From an uncultured Bacteroidota bacterium (GTDB taxonomy: Bacteria; Bacteroidota; Bacteroidia; Chitinophagales; Chitinophagaceae), in NCBI GenBank assembly GCA_963737475.1, contig CAVTSY010000007.1, positions 6,248 to 70,247 of the forward strand: a stretch of DNA of 64,000 nt, written 5' to 3'. The notes under the pieces are model-generated. The model saw only the letters and a list, made by a program, of their open reading frames with translations. It had not been told where the DNA came from and did no database searches. Positions 19,301 to 29,975 of this stretch are shown here, one piece after another. Numbering within the stretch: the first letter of the stretch is position 1; each line of letters begins with the position of its first letter. A program made the translations under genes and the position numbers.

Positions 19301-22207
19301 TTTTACCTCGCGTGGACCGAGTAATGTCCTGTCCCCTTTTTCATAAGCATACCGGTCTTCGATCAGGTTTGCTTTAGGATCGTATGTTACAATATCAATG
19401 ACCTGCGCATCAAAAATCTCTCTGATTTTTTCACCCACTAATTCATAAATTCCCTGCATATCCATTTTTGCTACCAGGCTTTCCTGGACGCTGTTGATCA
19501 CCGCCAGTTCCGCATTACGTTGCTCAGTTTCTTTTAATAAGCGATTTGTTTCATCAAAACGCCGGGCACTTTCTAATGCCACACTCATGCTATTAGCTAA
19601 TGTTGTCAGAAGACTTACATCATTCTCAGAAAAAGCGTGCTCCTTGTCGAGATTCTGCAGACTGATCATCCCTTTAACTTCGTTCCGGGAAATTAAAGGA
19701 ACAAAAACGGCAGATTTCGGTTGCTCTCCACGAATGACATTACTGCTCTGTTCCTTTGCTTTTTCGTCAAGTCCCTCATTGATCAACAGCAATTGACCCG
19801 TATCGATGACAATTCGCCTGAAGCCTGCTGGCTTCCATTTACCTACCAAAGTCCTGTCTCCTTTTTCATAAGCATACCGGTCTTCGATCAGGTCCGTTTT
19901 GGGATCGTATGTTACAATGTCCACCACCTGTGAATTAAAAATCTCTCTTATTTTTTCACCAACCAACTCATAGATCCCCTGTATTTCCAACTCTTTGGCC
20001 AATCCATCCTGTACACTATTTATCACTGATAGCTCAGCAGTTCGTTGTTCAGTTTCTTTCAATAAGCGAATCGTTTCATCAAACAGTCTCGCATTTTCCA
20101 ATGCCACGCTCATGCTGTTAGCCAATGTTTCCAAAAGCCGAACATCTGATTCAGAAAAAGCATTTTCCTTATCTACATTTTGCAAGCTTACATAACTGGT
20201 AACTTTATTGCCTACAATTAACGGAACATATAGTAGTGATTGGGGCATATCTGTTCCCTTCACTACCTTAAGTCCAAACTCTTCAAATGCTTTCTCAACA
20301 TTATTATTGATGAGAATTTTTTGTTTTGTCATTATAAGCTGGTAGCGCAACTTATCATAAGGGCGAGGTTCCGGGTAATAACGTTCTCCCTTTTCAATCA
20401 AATAATTGAATTTTTCTTTCCCCGTATCGTGATCAAATGTGGCTATAATAACTGCCTGGGCATCGAACACATCACGGATCTTATTGCCAACCAGTTCGTA
20501 GATCGCCTGCATGTCCAGTTCGCGGGCTAAGCCTTCCTGCACGCTGTTAATGACGGCGAGCTCCGCTGTACGCTGCTCCGTTTCTTTTAATAAACGTGTT
20601 GTTTCATCAAATAATCTGGCATTTTCAAGAGCAACACTCATGGAATTTGCCAAAGTTTCCAGCAAACGAATATCGGATTCGCTGAAGGCATTTTCCATTT
20701 GCATGTTCTGCAAACTGATGTAACTATTCACCTTATCACCAATGATCAGCGGAACAAACACTCCTGATTTAGTGGGATTAGTGCCCGGCAATGTTTTCAA
20801 TCCGAAGCGGGCGTAAGCTTCTTCATAATTTGTATTGATAACAATTTTTTGCCCCGTAATGATCAGATGTTGTCTTAGTTTGTCATATGGACGAGGTGGC
20901 AAATAAAATCTCTGCCCGTCTTCAATAAGATATTTGAAATGTTCAGTAGCAGTTTCATGATCAAAATTGGCGATCATAACAGCTTGCGCATTGAACAACT
21001 CACGGATCCTGTTCCCGACAAGATCATAAATAGCCTGCATGTCCAGTTCCTTTGCCAAACCTTCCTGCACGCTGTTGATTACTCCCAATTCAGCCTTTTG
21101 CTGTTCGGTTTCTTTTAACAGCCGTGTGGTCTCATCGAAAAGTCTTGCATTTTCCAATGCGACGCCCATACTGTTTGCAAGCGTTTCCAACAATCTCACA
21201 TCCGAATCACTAAAAGCGTTTTCCTTGTCAATATTTTGAAGACTAATGTATCCGGTTACTCTTTCGCCAATAACCAATGGAACATACACGGCGGATTTTG
21301 GTAATTCAGTTCCGGGAATCTTTTTCAGTCCGAATGTGGAGGCTACCTCTTCAAAATTCTTATTGATCAATATCTTTTCCCTTGTTGCAATAAGGTGTTT
21401 CCTTAAAATATTCAAAGGTTTGGGCGCGGGATAATACCGTTCACCTTTCTCGATGAGGTAATGGATATGCTCCATTTCAGTTTTATGATCGAACGTGGCG
21501 ATTCCTACTGCCTGTGCATCAAATAAGTCGCGAATCCGATCCCCGACAAGGTCATAAATTGTTTGTATATCTAATTCCTTCGCCAGCGCCTCCTGAACGC
21601 TATTGATCACGGCGAGTTCGGCCGTTCTTTGCTCTGTCTCTCTTAGCAGCCGCGCATTCTCCAATGCATTACTCATGCTGTTCGCAAGTGTTTCTAATAA
21701 TCTCACATCGGAATCACTGAATGCATTTTCCTTATCGACGTTCTGAAGACTCACATAACCCGTAACGTTGTCATCGATAAGGAGCGGAACATACAAGGCA
21801 GATTTCGGAAAGTCTGAACCGGGAAGTACCCTCATTCCAAATTGGCGATAAGCTTCTTCAAAGTTTTCATTGATAAGTATCCTTTGTTTAGTATCAATAA
21901 GACTTCGCCTAAGCTTATCGAATTCCCGTGGTTTCAGGTGAAACCGTTCGCCTTTTTCGATGGCGTATCCGAAATGTTCTGTATTTGTTTCATGATCGAA
22001 AGTCGCTATAATAACTGCCTGCGAATCAAAAGTATCACGAATGCGATCTCCGACAAGGTCATAGATCGCCTGCATGTCCATCTTCCGGGCAAGACCTTCC
22101 TGGACGCTATTTATTACCGCCAGTTCTTCGGTTCGTTGACTTAGCTCTGCCGTTAACTGTGTTATGGTTTTTTGCAGCTCATCATACCCTGCTTTTTCTT
22201 CTATCAT
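13337..22207 (-). CDS. Soluble hybrid sensor histidine kinase: 14 tandem GAF domains, HisKA, HATPase_c, receiver, truncated pseudo-receiver
   Basis: Uninterrupted 2,956-aa ORF. 13 'INSVQ' anchors plus one degenerate 'VNSISK'. H-box 'FLSTVSHELRTPL' (His ~aa 2496; ~14720-14770). ATPase boxes 'NLISNAVKFT', 'DTGIGI', 'GTGLGLPICK' (~14033-14500). Receiver 13583-13936 ('ILVVDDDD', 'LIILDVMMPEMNG'). Tail 13340-13570. Confidence 0.9.
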   Translation of the reverse strand: MIEEKAGYDELQKTITQLTAELSQRTEELAVINSVQEGLARKMDMQAIYDLVGDRIRDTFDSQAVIIATFDHETNTEHFGYAIEKGERFHLKPREFDKLRRSLIDTKQRILINENFEEAYRQFGMRVLPGSDFPKSALYVPLLIDDNVTGYVSLQNVDKENAFSDSDVRLLETLANSMSNALENARLLRETEQRTAELAVINSVQEALAKELDIQTIYDLVGDRIRDLFDAQAVGIATFDHKTEMEHIHYLIEKGERYYPAPKPLNILRKHLIATREKILINKNFEEVASTFGLKKIPGTELPKSAVYVPLVIGERVTGYISLQNIDKENAFSDSDVRLLETLANSMGVALENARLFDETTRLLKETEQQKAELGVINSVQEGLAKELDMQAIYDLVGNRIRELFNAQAVMIANFDHETATEHFKYLIEDGQRFYLPPRPYDKLRQHLIITGQKIVINTNYEEAYARFGLKTLPGTNPTKSGVFVPLIIGDKVNSYISLQNMQMENAFSESDIRLLETLANSMSVALENARLFDETTRLLKETEQRTAELAVINSVQEGLARELDMQAIYELVGNKIRDVFDAQAVIIATFDHDTGKEKFNYLIEKGERYYPEPRPYDKLRYQLIMTKQKILINNNVEKAFEEFGLKVVKGTDMPQSLLYVPLIVGNKVTSYVSLQNVDKENAFSESDVRLLETLANSMSVALENARLFDETIRLLKETEQRTAELSVINSVQDGLAKELEIQGIYELVGEKIREIFNSQVVDIVTYDPKTDLIEDRYAYEKGDRTLVGKWKPAGFRRIVIDTGQLLLINEGLDEKAKEQSSNVIRGEQPKSAVFVPLISRNEVKGMISLQNLDKEHAFSENDVSLLTTLANSMSVALESARRFDETNRLLKETEQRNAELAVINSVQESLVAKMDMQGIYELVGEKIREIFDAQVIDIVTYDPKANLIEDRYAYEKGDRTLLGPREVKGFRKHVIETKQLLLHNEKVERAMREFGNEILIGEIPKSQVYVPMITGNEVKGVISLQNLDHEHAFSSSDASLLTTLANSMSVALESARLFDETNRLLKETEQRTAELAVINSVQEGLAKELDMKGIYNLVGERVQKLFNAQAVIIATFDHEKKLEYFNYHVEKEEVTYPGPRRFDRLRQHLIETGQNILINEDFAKAAAEFGMRVVPGTEVPKSLLFMPLKVGDKVTGYVSLQNIDKEHAFSHSDVRLLGTLASSMSVALENARLFDETNRLLKETEQRTAELSVINSVQEGLARELDIQGIYELVGEKIRGIFNAQVIDIVTYDKRTQLIEDRYTYEKGDRTLLGPRPLKGFRKSVFDTGKALVINENLDAQRTKYDQTVIVGKGAKSIVLVPLIASGEVNGVISLQNLDQENAFPDSDVNLLTTLANSMSVALENARLFDETNRLLKETEQRTAELAVINSVQEGLAKELDIDAIYSMVGERIRSLFDAQVVGIATLNQEEGTEKFQYFVEKGQRFYPAPRPLGKLRLHLIQSRKKVVVNKQEEVHAWFGTEVVPGTEMIKSAVFVPLMIGDKITSYVTLQNVDKENAFTDAHIRLLETLANSMSVALENARLFDETNRLLKETEQRTSELAVINSVQEGLVAQMDMHSIYELVGEKIRKIFKAQVVDIVIYDRSKNLIEDRYSYEKGDRTLVKARPPKGFRKHVIETGELLVHNNNVEQAMRDFGNEILIGEMPKSQMYVPMIAGGEVKGVISLQNLDHENAFSRSDISLLTTLANSMSVALENARLFDETNRLLKETEQRTAELGIINSVQEGLASKLDIQAIYDLVGDKIRDVFDTQGISISYYNREKNFITHPYYLFKGKRIVELGFELGKGLTSHIIQTAQPLLINENAVERFKELGAVFASSETEEDTAKSWLGVPLISGGQVNGTIRLENYERENAYSESDLSLLQTLANSMSVALENARLFDETSRLLKETEQRTAELAVINSVQEGLAKEFDMQGIYNLVGERVQKLFQTHGVIIASFDLANKTEHFNYAFENGEKYVLDSRPISGLRQTLINLKQTLYIDTEQKARDEYGIVAIGDTKMPKSLMFVPLLSGNNIKGYVSIQNVDKENAFSESDIRLLETLANSMSVALENARLFDETNRLLKETEQRTAELAVINSVQEGLAKELDVQGIYEVVGDRLCSLFPDTQTLVIRTFDHEAGIEHFHYAIEKGERFPIEARPFNWTSKELISIKRPLDIRQNYLDTAKSHGGTGVTKGQPPKSAVFVPMLVGDVVKGSVSLQNVDKENAFTDADIRLLTTITNSMSVALENARLFDETTHLLSEAKQRASELSTVNSISKALASQLDPDDLIKFVGDKLRDLFKANIVYLALLNPKTKMIHFPYQHGDDNRPMKLGEGLTSKIILSGEPLLINENVQGLRAKLGVQSQGVPAASYLGVPIPVGDEIIGVLSVQSTEHENSFNEDDLRLLSTIAASVGVALRNATLFEDVKMAKMEAEAASKAAEKANEAKSAFLSTVSHELRTPLTSVLGFAKIIRKRLDEKIFPAVDRSDTKTEKTIGQISQNLEVVISEGERLTHLINDVLDLAKIEAGKMEWNLENVSMTEVAERALAATTSLFEQKKLKLVREIETDIPDISGDRDKLIQVIINLISNAVKFTDKGSVTCKVYKKKDEIIVSVLDTGIGIAPEDYAAVFEQFKQVGGDTLTDKPKGTGLGLPICKEIVEHHGGRIWLESKVGKGSTFSFSLPVINSKREKPVHFDDLVKQLKEQMANSKFKVIGKDATILVVDDDDSIRSLLQQELSDAGYLIEQATNGKEALESVRKNRPDLIILDVMMPEMNGFDVAAVLKNDPQTMDIPIIVLSIVQDKARGYRIGVDRYLTKPIDTAQLFKEVGTLLEQGKSKKKVMVVDEDGAAVRSLTDVLQAKGYHVVESDGKELVQKAISTQPDIIILNSVLSDKQEIVQSLRFEKGLENVLFLIYQ
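14798..22114 (-). repeat. In-frame tandem array of 14 GAF-coding units (period 525-540 nt; first unit 507 nt)
   Basis: Unit boundaries taken at the Ile of 'INSVQ', high coordinate of each: 22114, 21607, 21079, 20551, 20023, 19498, 18973, 18445, 17920, 17395, 16870, 16330, 15805, 15274. I checked the codons at 21605-21607 and 20021-20023 directly. Confidence 0.85.
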
Positions 22208-22268
22208 TGCAGCTCTTCTTTAATAATGGTGGTTCAGAAATGCTTGATGGGAAAAACTTTGTGTAGGG

Positions 22269-22298
22269 TAAATATAGCACTCTTTGCCCAAGTACAAA
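22269..22298 (-). promoter_or_regulatory. Weak Bacteroidota-type promoter candidate upstream of the multi-GAF kinase
   Basis: Minus strand reads TTTG-N18-TATATTTA (near TAnnTTTG), about 60 nt upstream of the ATG at 22207. Confidence 0.2.
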
Positions 22299-22408
22299 GC
22301 GCCGTTCTATTTGATTTTTGTTGAAAAATTGAGGCGGCGCAAGATAAGATCCTGCTACTGTTTTTCGCGAGATTGCCCGCGAATAATCTGCCAGGGCTTT
22401 AGATGAGG

Positions 22409-22924
22409 TCAATCTCTGGCTAAGGAGACATTTTGTTTTGAAGGTTGGATCTTAAATCCATTGTCCCTGGCAAATATTTTCTGCGCTTTCTGCATCTCGG
22501 CGATCATTTTATCTTCCTTGCTGATGATCATCGTCATTATCTGCAATTGGATCTGCCTTCCCTCAGGTGAGTTTTGCAATCCATAGTTTTTATAACTGGT
22601 ATAAATGCTTTTCATGTAATCGAAATAGTGGAGCGCTGCCTTCTTGAAATTTTCGCCCTGTTTCACGCGGGGAGCTGGCTTCTTTGCAATTTCCTTAATG
22701 ATCGTATCGATCGTTATCTCCATTCTGCCGCTAATGCTGGCTATGCTATCGTATTGGTAAGAGGCAAAACAGTTTTTTAATAGGGGCGCCGCGTGGTCCA
22801 TATTTTTTCCCAGGCTTTTTTGTTTTTCGACGATCATGTCATTATAGTTCATGGCAATTTTTGACTTGCATCCTATTCCCAAAAAACAGACGATGGCAAT
22901 CGCAACAATCGTTTTACATTTCAT
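22409..22924 (-). CDS. Hypothetical lipoprotein
   Basis: 'MKCKTIVAIAIVCFLGIGC' lipobox from the ATG at 22924. No recognisable family. Confidence 0.5.
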   Translation of the reverse strand: MKCKTIVAIAIVCFLGIGCKSKIAMNYNDMIVEKQKSLGKNMDHAAPLLKNCFASYQYDSIASISGRMEITIDTIIKEIAKKPAPRVKQGENFKKAALHYFDYMKSIYTSYKNYGLQNSPEGRQIQLQIMTMIISKEDKMIAEMQKAQKIFARDNGFKIQPSKQNVSLARD

Positions 22925-23280
22925 AACAAAGCTTTTATTCAGTATCCAATCCCCAAATTCATTATTTAGCAACAATCAATCAATTGAAAACAAAAAGCCT
23001 GCCTGTTCGGCAAACAACTCTTCCGGATTTTGCAAGGGATATATCAAGGAAACGGGCAAGTATTTCTCACAGTAGGTCAGCTCAGTGAATTGAACTCATC
23101 ATTCAATTCGTTTTCGGGTGAAAGGACTTGTTGACTCATTCATGCTCTAAGTCAGATGCAAAATACTGCCTTTTTTATTTTAGTTGAATGCCTTCTGTAA
23201 GACTTTTTCATTCTACTATAAAAAACCGAAGCAAATTGAGCGGGCCGAAGTTATGATAGAGTGGATGGCTAATTGAAATA

Positions 23281-23312
23281 AAAAAGCCTCCCGACAAAGT
23301 CGAAAGGCTTTC
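23281..23312 (-). terminator. Rho-independent terminator of the rrn operon
   Basis: Minus strand: 'agcctttcgac-ttt-gtcgggaggct' (11-bp stem including 2 G:U pairs) followed by TTTTT, ~10 nt after the 5S 3' end. Confidence 0.55.
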
Positions 23313-23321
23313 AATAAATAT

Positions 23322-23430
23322 GGCAGCTACCTACTCTCCCGCATTGTGGTGCAGTACCATCGGCCATGAGGGGCTTAACTTCTCTGTTCGGTATGGGAAG
23401 AGGTGAACACCCTCGGAAAAACCACCATAA
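23322..23430 (-). rRNA. rrf: 5S ribosomal RNA
   Basis: Reverse complement contains 'CCCATACCGAACAGAGAAGTTAAGCCCCTCATGGCCGATGGTACTGC...GGGAGAGTAGGTAGCTGCC'. Ends are approximate. Confidence 0.85.
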
Positions 23431-23559
23431 AGAGTTAAGCTATGAGCTATTAGCAATGAGCTTTGAGCTTTTGGCTCATGGCTCGCAGCTAGTTGCTCGC
23501 AGCTGAATTAAATCAACATATCGGAGTTGTTAGAAAAGTATCTAAGAAAAAAAAATTAA

Positions 23560-26368
<2,809 letters not shown>

Positions 26369-26691
26369 AAAAAAATTAGAAACTAGAATTTGTTATTCTT
26401 GTAGTTGTTACCCGACCACATAAACTTCAGACCAACCAATAATGGTGTGTTCTAAAAAATGTGATCGATAAAATTATTAGATACTCGTCTAACAACTTTC
26501 CCAATATGTCAAAGAGCTATCGCGGATTTACGGATTACTCAGAATTCCACGCATGCTGATGATCAGGTTTCGAGCCCGGAGGTCTGATAAACATTGAAGA
26601 GTTTATCAACCAACATCATATTTTAAAAGAACTTTTCAATCATTCGAACTAAAAACAGTGAAATCACTTCAAATCATTTAATCCATGATCG

Positions 26692-26765
26692 TGGAGGATA
26701 TCGGAATCGAACCGATGACCCCTAGCTTGCAAAGCTAGTGCTCTAGCCAGCTGAGCTAATCCCCC
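26692..26765 (-). tRNA. tRNA-Ala (anticodon UGC), CCA not encoded
   Basis: Reverse complement 'GGGGGATTAGCTCAGCTGGCTAGAGCACTAGCTTTGCAAGCTAGGGGTCATCGGTTCGATTCCGATATCCTCCA'. The G3:U70 wobble (alanine identity element) is present. Confidence 0.9.
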
Positions 26766-26853
26766 GTTAGGGTCATTGAGTCATTAGGTCATCAAGCCAT
26801 CAACACTTTTCCAATTGACTTATTGACTTATTGACTTACTGACTAAGTTTAAG

Positions 26854-26928
26854 TAGACCCGAGCAGATTTGAACTGCTGACCCCTACATTATCAGTGTAG
26901 TGCTCTAACCAGGCTGAGCTACGGATCT
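26854..26928 (-). tRNA. tRNA-Ile (anticodon GAU), CCA not encoded
   Basis: Reverse complement 'AGATCCGTAGCTCAGCCTGGTTAGAGCACTACACTGATAATGTAGGGGTCAGCAGTTCAAATCTGCTCGGGTCTA'. Acceptor stem AGATCCG/CGGGTCT. Confidence 0.9.
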
Positions 26929-27150
26929 ATTTGATATAGCTCCAAGCCCCATGCTTCACGCTTCAAGCAAAACTTGCAGCTTGTAGCTTACAGCTTGCAG
27001 CTGTTAGTAGCCCACTCACCGATAGCTATCGGGACTAGCGGGTTTACATTAAATATTTAAAAGAACTTGACATAAAAAAATTGAAAGTTTGGGGAAACAA
27101 CAGCAGGCAAATCCATAGAGGCAATGCATGCATTGCCTCAACAGCTCTAA

Positions 27151-28680
<1,530 letters not shown>

Positions 28681-28860
28681 GTAAATGTTGTTTGATACTG
28701 ACATTATTAATTCAAAGAATTAACGTGTCAAATCGAATTGTTTTCGCTTGACTTACCTATTGTTGTTGTCCTTAGTTTGACACTAAAGACAGCCAACGTG
28801 CTGTTGCTTCCCAACTTTCAAAGATCTTTTGGCCTTTTCAGCCTCCCATTTTTGGGAGTG

Positions 28861-28892
28861 CAAATGTACGAGCCATATAATTCTCAGCCAAA
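28861..28892 (-). promoter_or_regulatory. rrn promoter candidate (proximal): TTTG-N20-TACATTTG
   Basis: Minus strand 'AAAAAAGTTTTGGCTGAGAATTATATGGCTCGTACATTTGC'. Matches the Bacteroides -33 TTTG / -7 TAnnTTTG consensus. ~180 nt upstream of the 16S 5' end. Confidence 0.35.
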
Positions 28893-28965
28893 ACTTTTTT
28901 CAACATTCTTGGCTGATTTTCAATTTCTTTAAGAGAACTAAAATGAAAATTTTTAGGACGGACTG

Positions 28966-28996
28966 CAAAAATACAGTATGATGGTTTCACAGCAAA
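28966..28996 (-). promoter_or_regulatory. rrn promoter candidate (middle): TTTG-N19-TATTTTTG
   Basis: Minus strand 'AAAATTTGCTGTGAAACCATCATACTGTATTTTTGC'. Confidence 0.35.
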
Positions 28997-29116
28997 TTTT
29001 TACTGTGATAATTGTTCACATTCGTCACACAATTTATTCATCAGGCAGTAAGCAAAAACTTACTTCAGATGAATATTTCAGAGAACTGATTCCGTTTGTT
29101 TTTAAAAAGCGGGACG

Positions 29117-29147
29117 CAAAGATAAGCAGCAGGGGTTTACCCGCAAA
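29117..29147 (-). promoter_or_regulatory. rrn promoter candidate (distal): TTTG-N19-TATCTTTG
   Basis: Minus strand 'AAAAAAGATTTGCGGGTAAACCCCTGCTGCTTATCTTTGC'. Confidence 0.35.
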
Positions 29148-29224
29148 TCTTTTTTGAAAAAGAAAATCAAAATCATACAGAAATGAAGGCTAGTGCAGTA
29201 TTCAGACAATAAAAAATCTTATAG

Positions 29225-29968
29225 TCATTCAAAATAGTTCCCTTGATAATTTACACTTATCAAAAAGAGACCTTGGGAAGGAGCAGCAAAACTTGCCTTC
29301 GTACAATCTTTTTCTTCAATCACATTTTTAAATTCTGCAATCGTCATTTTGCCGCGACCAATTTTCAACATGGTTGCCACCAGTGCTCTGACCATTCCCC
29401 GTAAAAAACGATCAGCCTTCACATAAAATACCAGGCAGTCATCTTCCCATCCCCATTTGCTTTCCATAATGCAGCAGTTAAATGTCTTTACTTGTGTGTT
29501 TCGTTTTGAGAAAGAGGTAAAATCTGTATATGCCTTTATGATCACAGCAGCCTGCTGCATCAATTCCATATTTAATTTATAAGGAAAATAAAAAGCCCTG
29601 TCTTTTAAAAATGGGTCTTTATGCTGATAGATGAAATATTTATATTCCCGGCTTATTGCATCGAAACGGCAATGGGCTTCCTGATTTACAGATATTAATT
29701 TTTGAATAACAATATCACCCGGCAGAATCGCATTCATCTTATATACAAAACGAGGGTTCATTTCTCCTTCAAAATCGAAATGAAAAAAATTTTGTAAAGC
29801 ATGCACACCCGCATCCGTCCGTGATGAGCCGGTTAAACCAATTTTTTCTTTTTGTAAGATTTGAATGCCTTTTTCTATTTCTGCCTGGATGGAATTTGCA
29901 TTCTGCTGAATTTGGAAACCACTGTAGTTTGTTCCTTTATATGAAACTTCAAGAAAGTAACGTGACAT
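29225..29968 (-). CDS. truA: tRNA pseudouridine(38-40) synthase TruA
   Basis: 247-aa ORF. 'YFLEVSYKGTNYSGFQIQ', catalytic 'GSSRTDAGVHA', 'RFLRGMVR'. Confidence 0.9.
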   Translation of the reverse strand: MSRYFLEVSYKGTNYSGFQIQQNANSIQAEIEKGIQILQKEKIGLTGSSRTDAGVHALQNFFHFDFEGEMNPRFVYKMNAILPGDIVIQKLISVNQEAHCRFDAISREYKYFIYQHKDPFLKDRAFYFPYKLNMELMQQAAVIIKAYTDFTSFSKRNTQVKTFNCCIMESKWGWEDDCLVFYVKADRFLRGMVRALVATMLKIGRGKMTIAEFKNVIEEKDCTKASFAAPSQGLFLISVNYQGNYFE

Positions 29969-29975
29969 AGGAACA

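Noticed and set aside
14798-22114. Regular ~525-bp periodicity considered as a CRISPR array or satellite
   Set aside because: The period is a multiple of 3 and lies within one continuous ORF. The units are ~175-aa protein domains with synonymous divergence. There is no short repeat/spacer structure and no cas genes.
13619-22144. Series of plus-strand ORFs with recurring peptide 'MSSSFAKPSCTLLITASSAVRCSVSFNKRFVSSK'
   Set aside because: They are antisense to the conserved inter-GAF linker of the 8.9-kb minus-strand ORF. The recurrence just mirrors the coding repeat, and none has independent support.
22182-22412. 76-aa minus-strand ORF bridging the lipoprotein gene and the kinase start
   Set aside because: It overlaps the kinase start codon region and the intergenic promoter region, and it has no coding features.
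26854-26928. tRNA-Ile starting with an A1:U72 pair as an anomaly
   Set aside because: tRNA-Ile(GAU) in E. coli also begins AGG...CCU-A, so this is normal for the isoacceptor.
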